A stretch of DNA of 64,000 nucleotides. Origin: Eutreptiella sp. 'Long Island Sound 2002'. Taxonomy: Eukaryota; Protista; Euglenida. The position numbers were made by a program, and so were the translations under genes. The notes beneath the pieces are model-generated. The model saw only the letters and a list, made by a program, of their open reading frames with translations, ran no database searches and was not told the origin of the DNA. The stretch is taken from NCBI GenBank assembly GCA_964036045.1, contig OZ038378.1:166718001-166782000 (forward strand), given 5' to 3'. Of this stretch, positions 60,101 to 64,000 are shown piece after piece; the stretch's first letter is position 1; the number at the start of each line of letters is the position of its first letter.

Positions 60101-61814
60101 TCCAATTCTTGGTCAGCTGCTGCTGAATCTCTGTGTGAAGCTTGTACCCAATGGAATGCGGCAAAGCCAAGCGAGCAATGTTGCGGTTGGGCTGCAGGGC
60201 CTCCAACATGGCCTGTCCACCTGAATATCATAAAACCAGGCTGACATACATGCATTTGTGCACTCGTGGACAGATGAGGCAATGGCAGCAGAAGAGGGTG
60301 GGTGTGAGCGGGCAGTAGATCAACAGCCGTTCTGGAGCCAAACCGAATTGAGAATGAGCAAGCGTGGGAGGCAGGCATGTTACAACCAACCACCGATGCA
60401 TCTTCATACCCCGCAATTACCGTTTTCGAACCATACATGCGATAGCATACGCGGCCCCTGAGATGTTAGGCTGTCGGCTGCAGGCAGTCATTGCGCGAGA
60501 TGATTCCACTTGTCCAACCTACTCCAAGGAGGAGAAGGAAGAGAGTCGAATGCCGTCTGATATTTAAGAACGCTTTTCCTGCGGCATGCTGCAGCGCGCT
60601 TTTCAAAGGGTCTGACAGGAAACATTGTGGTGTTCCATTGGAATTGCACCTTTTTTATAATCACAATTGTATCATGGAGAATGGCAGTCTTTCCAATGTA
60701 CCTAGGAGGCCCTGCCATGCTGTTGCTAAGGCCTACTTTTCAACATCCTCCTATGCAAGCAAGCCCTATGTAGCGATGAAATGCCAAGCAACATCTGTCC
60801 ACTCAATATGTTTCTGGGTAAACACATGGCAATAGTCAATGGCCTCGGAAATTTGAGATTGGTTGCGGAGAATTTCAGGTGCTGCTTCCCCGTCTTGATT
60901 TTGCTTTTGTTGCCACAGTGGGATCTCCTTCTGCCCCACATCCAATCGTTGTGGTGACAATGTCGTCATAAAAAAAATAGATATACAAATAAATGTGTGC
61001 TGCAGCAAGCCTGCAGGGCCTTTGGGCACAAGTGTGGTACACTTGTAAGAGAATACTTTTCGCGCACCGCAAGTTTTGCATGTAGGCTCTGCCTCTGTCC
61101 CACTGTCCCTCTCCCAGCCAAATATCCAAACACACACAAGAAACCTACATAGTACACAAATCAGAATCGCTGTACTCAGGCTGCAGGTGTTCAGCCCCGT
61201 CGGGGCACAATGGCCAAAGGCGCCAAGCCAAACCTTTACTCAGGTGCCAATAGATGCACCTGCCCTCCGGGGCCGGGCAATGAGTAGCTCAAGGAGACCT
61301 CACAAAACAAACTTCACGTAAGGAAGACAAAGGATGAGTGAAAAGGCCGAGTGCAGTCCCTACAGCAGTCCCTGTACCAAGCCCCCCCCCCCCTTGTCAC
61401 CCCTGTGGCAAACCTAAGGTTATTGCTAACCTTAGTTGTGCATGTAGGCTCATCCCATTCCGGTGTCCCGCCCTACCTCTGCCTCCCAAACACTGTCCCA
61501 CTGTCCCTCTCCCACCCAAACAGCCAAACACGCACAAGAAGCTTGCGTGATACACAAATCAAAATCGCTGTACTCGGGAGAAGAAACCCATGCAAGCCCA
61601 ACATATGGAGTCTTGCTACCGTACAAGATCTGCTATCCCCCCCCCCCCCACACACACATGTGACTGAGTGTTTCGGCCCACACCTGAGCTACTTGTGGTG
61701 CCGACACTAATGTGGTGGGACGTCCGCAGGGGAAGCAAGTACTGTCACAACACAACGCCTACTTCTCCGTGGTATATATCTCTCTCTCTCTCTCTCTCTC
61801 TCTCTCGGGGACAT

Positions 61815-62670
61815 TCATAATATGCCAACTTTCTGGGTTTTGGCACTTTTCGGCAATTTCTACAACTTTTGCTTCCATGTGCAAACATGTCATCACCTGG
61901 GGGGGGGGGGGGTATGTGTATACTTTTTGAAATCTGCAAGAAACGCCATTTCAGAAATGCATGGGTTGGGGGAGGGGGTGGTTGCCATTTTTCAGCGTAG
62001 CACAACGCATTGGGCGATACACACAAACATGGCACTGCACCGTTCATCCATTTTTATTCAGAATCACTGTCATCGTCAGCATTCCTTTTTTCAGGCGGGG
62101 CTGGGACCCCATTAGGGCAGACATCCCCCTGTTTGTGGACAGGGACATATGTGAGGCTGGACATGTCAAAAATTCATGTTGTGAAGCCTTGGTGGGGTGC
62201 ATCTTTCGATCCCAAAACTGGGCAGCAAAGGCGGTGGCCTCAGCGGTCGTCAGAATGGCATGCTCCTTGTGGGAGCATGCGAGTGGCTGTGAGCGGGACG
62301 TACGGGGTTTTTTTGCCCGGCTACCAGGCTCATGCCGAGTCACCTGCACCCACTCTGCACCCCCAGAGCGAGCCCTTTTGCGCGTCGACGGCTTTTGTGG
62401 TGCATCCGGGGAAGCAACAGCCCATGGCGTGAATTTGTATGAAGACATGGCAACTGCCTGTTGAAAAAAAGAGGCAGCACACAACACATGCACCGTCCGA
62501 AACGGACAAAAATCTCAAACATGTCGTCAGTACAGCATGCAGACCCAGGGTGTTCCAAATAGCCCTTTTCACGGGCTTTCCGAATATACCCCACATACCC
62601 CTACCTCCGGAACACTCAGTGGGCACAAATGAGGCAACAATGGCACCGACCCCCGAAAACCCAGAAAGTT
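61815..62670 (-). mobile_element. Second, diverged and inverted copy of the 47.2-48.1 kb element family
   Basis: The reverse complement of 62560-62660 (ggtgccattgttgcctcatttgtgccc...ggtatgtggggtatattcggaaagccc) matches 47230-47315. The other end at 61870-61980 matches 47900-47990. Confidence 0.7.
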
Positions 62671-64000
62671 CGCATAATCGGCAACATCCCTGAGAGATAT
62701 GCAACAACAGTAAAACAATGGATGACAACAAACAAGAACAACGAACGAGGTGAGGGTTAGGAGAGCCCCATGCTTGGGCTCGCAGCAACGTGCAAGGGCA
62801 TTCTTCCGGCTGGTACGCTAGTAAGCCACATCACAAAAAGTGCAAACGATGGGAGATGACAAACAAAGCATACACGTCCTACACACCGCGACTGTAGTCT
62901 GAGCAAAAAAGTACATCGCAACCTCCCCTCCTTCCCTAGTACAAAGAGGGCCGGCAACCCCCACCACATTCAACCGCACTAGGCTCGGAGGTGGGTGCTT
63001 ACTAGCCGCCTTGGTCCTTGCACCAGCTCAGCTCGGGCCCAACCTTGCTCTAGCTTGGCTTGGGACTGGCTGCTATCTAGCAGGGGGCCAGCTATGCGCC
63101 GGCTCGGCTCGCGGCCAGCTGAGGGTCACTCCGCTTTGGGTGGACCGCATGCCCTGCCATGCGTTGTAATCTTGGCCTCCAAGAGGCGCGTGATTGTGTT
63201 GTGCCGAAGATGCACCAATGCGGCAAGACATCAAAGTGGGAGGCTATGCAAAAAACACGCAGTGCCGTGGGGTTGGGTGCTTGGGGGGGAGTGGAGGTGC
63301 TCGGATGAGGCTTTTTCACCTGCTCCCCCATGTGCCACCCCCCCCCCCGGAAGAGAGGAGTTGCCCCCCCCCCCCCCCCCCCCCCATGCCTCCACTCGAG
63401 CACTTGTCTGTCCCTATGACCCATCGTGCCCCACACCGCCAGCGGGCGCATAGCATGTGCGCGCGCCTTTGCTTGTGCCTCCACCTACAAGTCGGCAGCA
63501 AACGTTGCCTTTTGCTATCTGCTGAGACAGTTTGCCGGGCTGAGGGCACTTTCCACATACCAAAATGCCATAGTGAGGTGCTGCAAGCACAGGCAATGCA
63601 CCACCCCGCGGACAATCTTGTTTTGCACGGGCAGCGTGCTCGATGCTTGGCCCCAAAGTAGGTGGCATGTGGCCGCAATGTTAGTTTAGCCTAGGCCAAG
63701 GTGTGTGTGCAACGGTACCCCGCCTCACCCCCGGAGCCACACACGGCCCATGAGGGCTTAGGCGACGCCAATTCCCACCATGGCAAAGCACCCCCAAGTT
63801 GACCCAACACAACAAAATTTTTTTGAAAAAAGTGTCCCAAATTCAAAAACCTCTTTTTTTCTAACGACGGTATAATTGTGGGAGGTTTTCGGGGTAGGAT
63901 GCGGCAAGTGTGCTGCAGTCGTTAATGAGCATCTGGCTGCGGCGGCATGCTGTGTTGTCCATAAGTTCCTGGGTGATGAAACACCGCACTCACACTCCTA

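Overview
Eukaryotic, repeat-rich genomic DNA with kb-scale GT-AG introns, many poly-C/poly-G runs and (CA)n tracts. This style suggests a euglenid such as Eutreptiella (inference only). Most ORF-track entries are noise. Host genes I can support: (1) a minus-strand ARM-repeat exon at the left edge; (2) an intronless F-box-like/LRR gene at 8.5-10.2 kb; (3) a minus-strand SAM-dependent methyltransferase built from six phase-compatible exons between 31.2 and 17.5 kb; (4) three upstream minus-strand exons at 50-40 kb encoding two KptA/Tpt1-like ART-fold domains, possibly the same gene as (3). The standout is a ~6 kb plus-strand element at ~32.9-38.96 kb. It carries a 645-codon DDE-like putative transposase and a five-exon ~765-aa gene with a ParB/Srx-like N-terminus and a degenerate beta-class N6/N4 methyltransferase-like C-terminus. 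It also holds ten copies of the 18-bp palindrome AWTGCGAGGCCTCGCAWT, all in non-coding positions: three at the left end, two between the genes (plus a degenerate third), one in each of two introns, and three at the right end. The arrangement resembles a ParB/parS system on a eukaryotic transposon. The rest is hAT (CGGBP1-like), Harbinger and other DNA-transposon remnants, MITEs, a tRNA-like SINE head and tandem repeats. All domain calls are by-eye motif recognition, not database searches.
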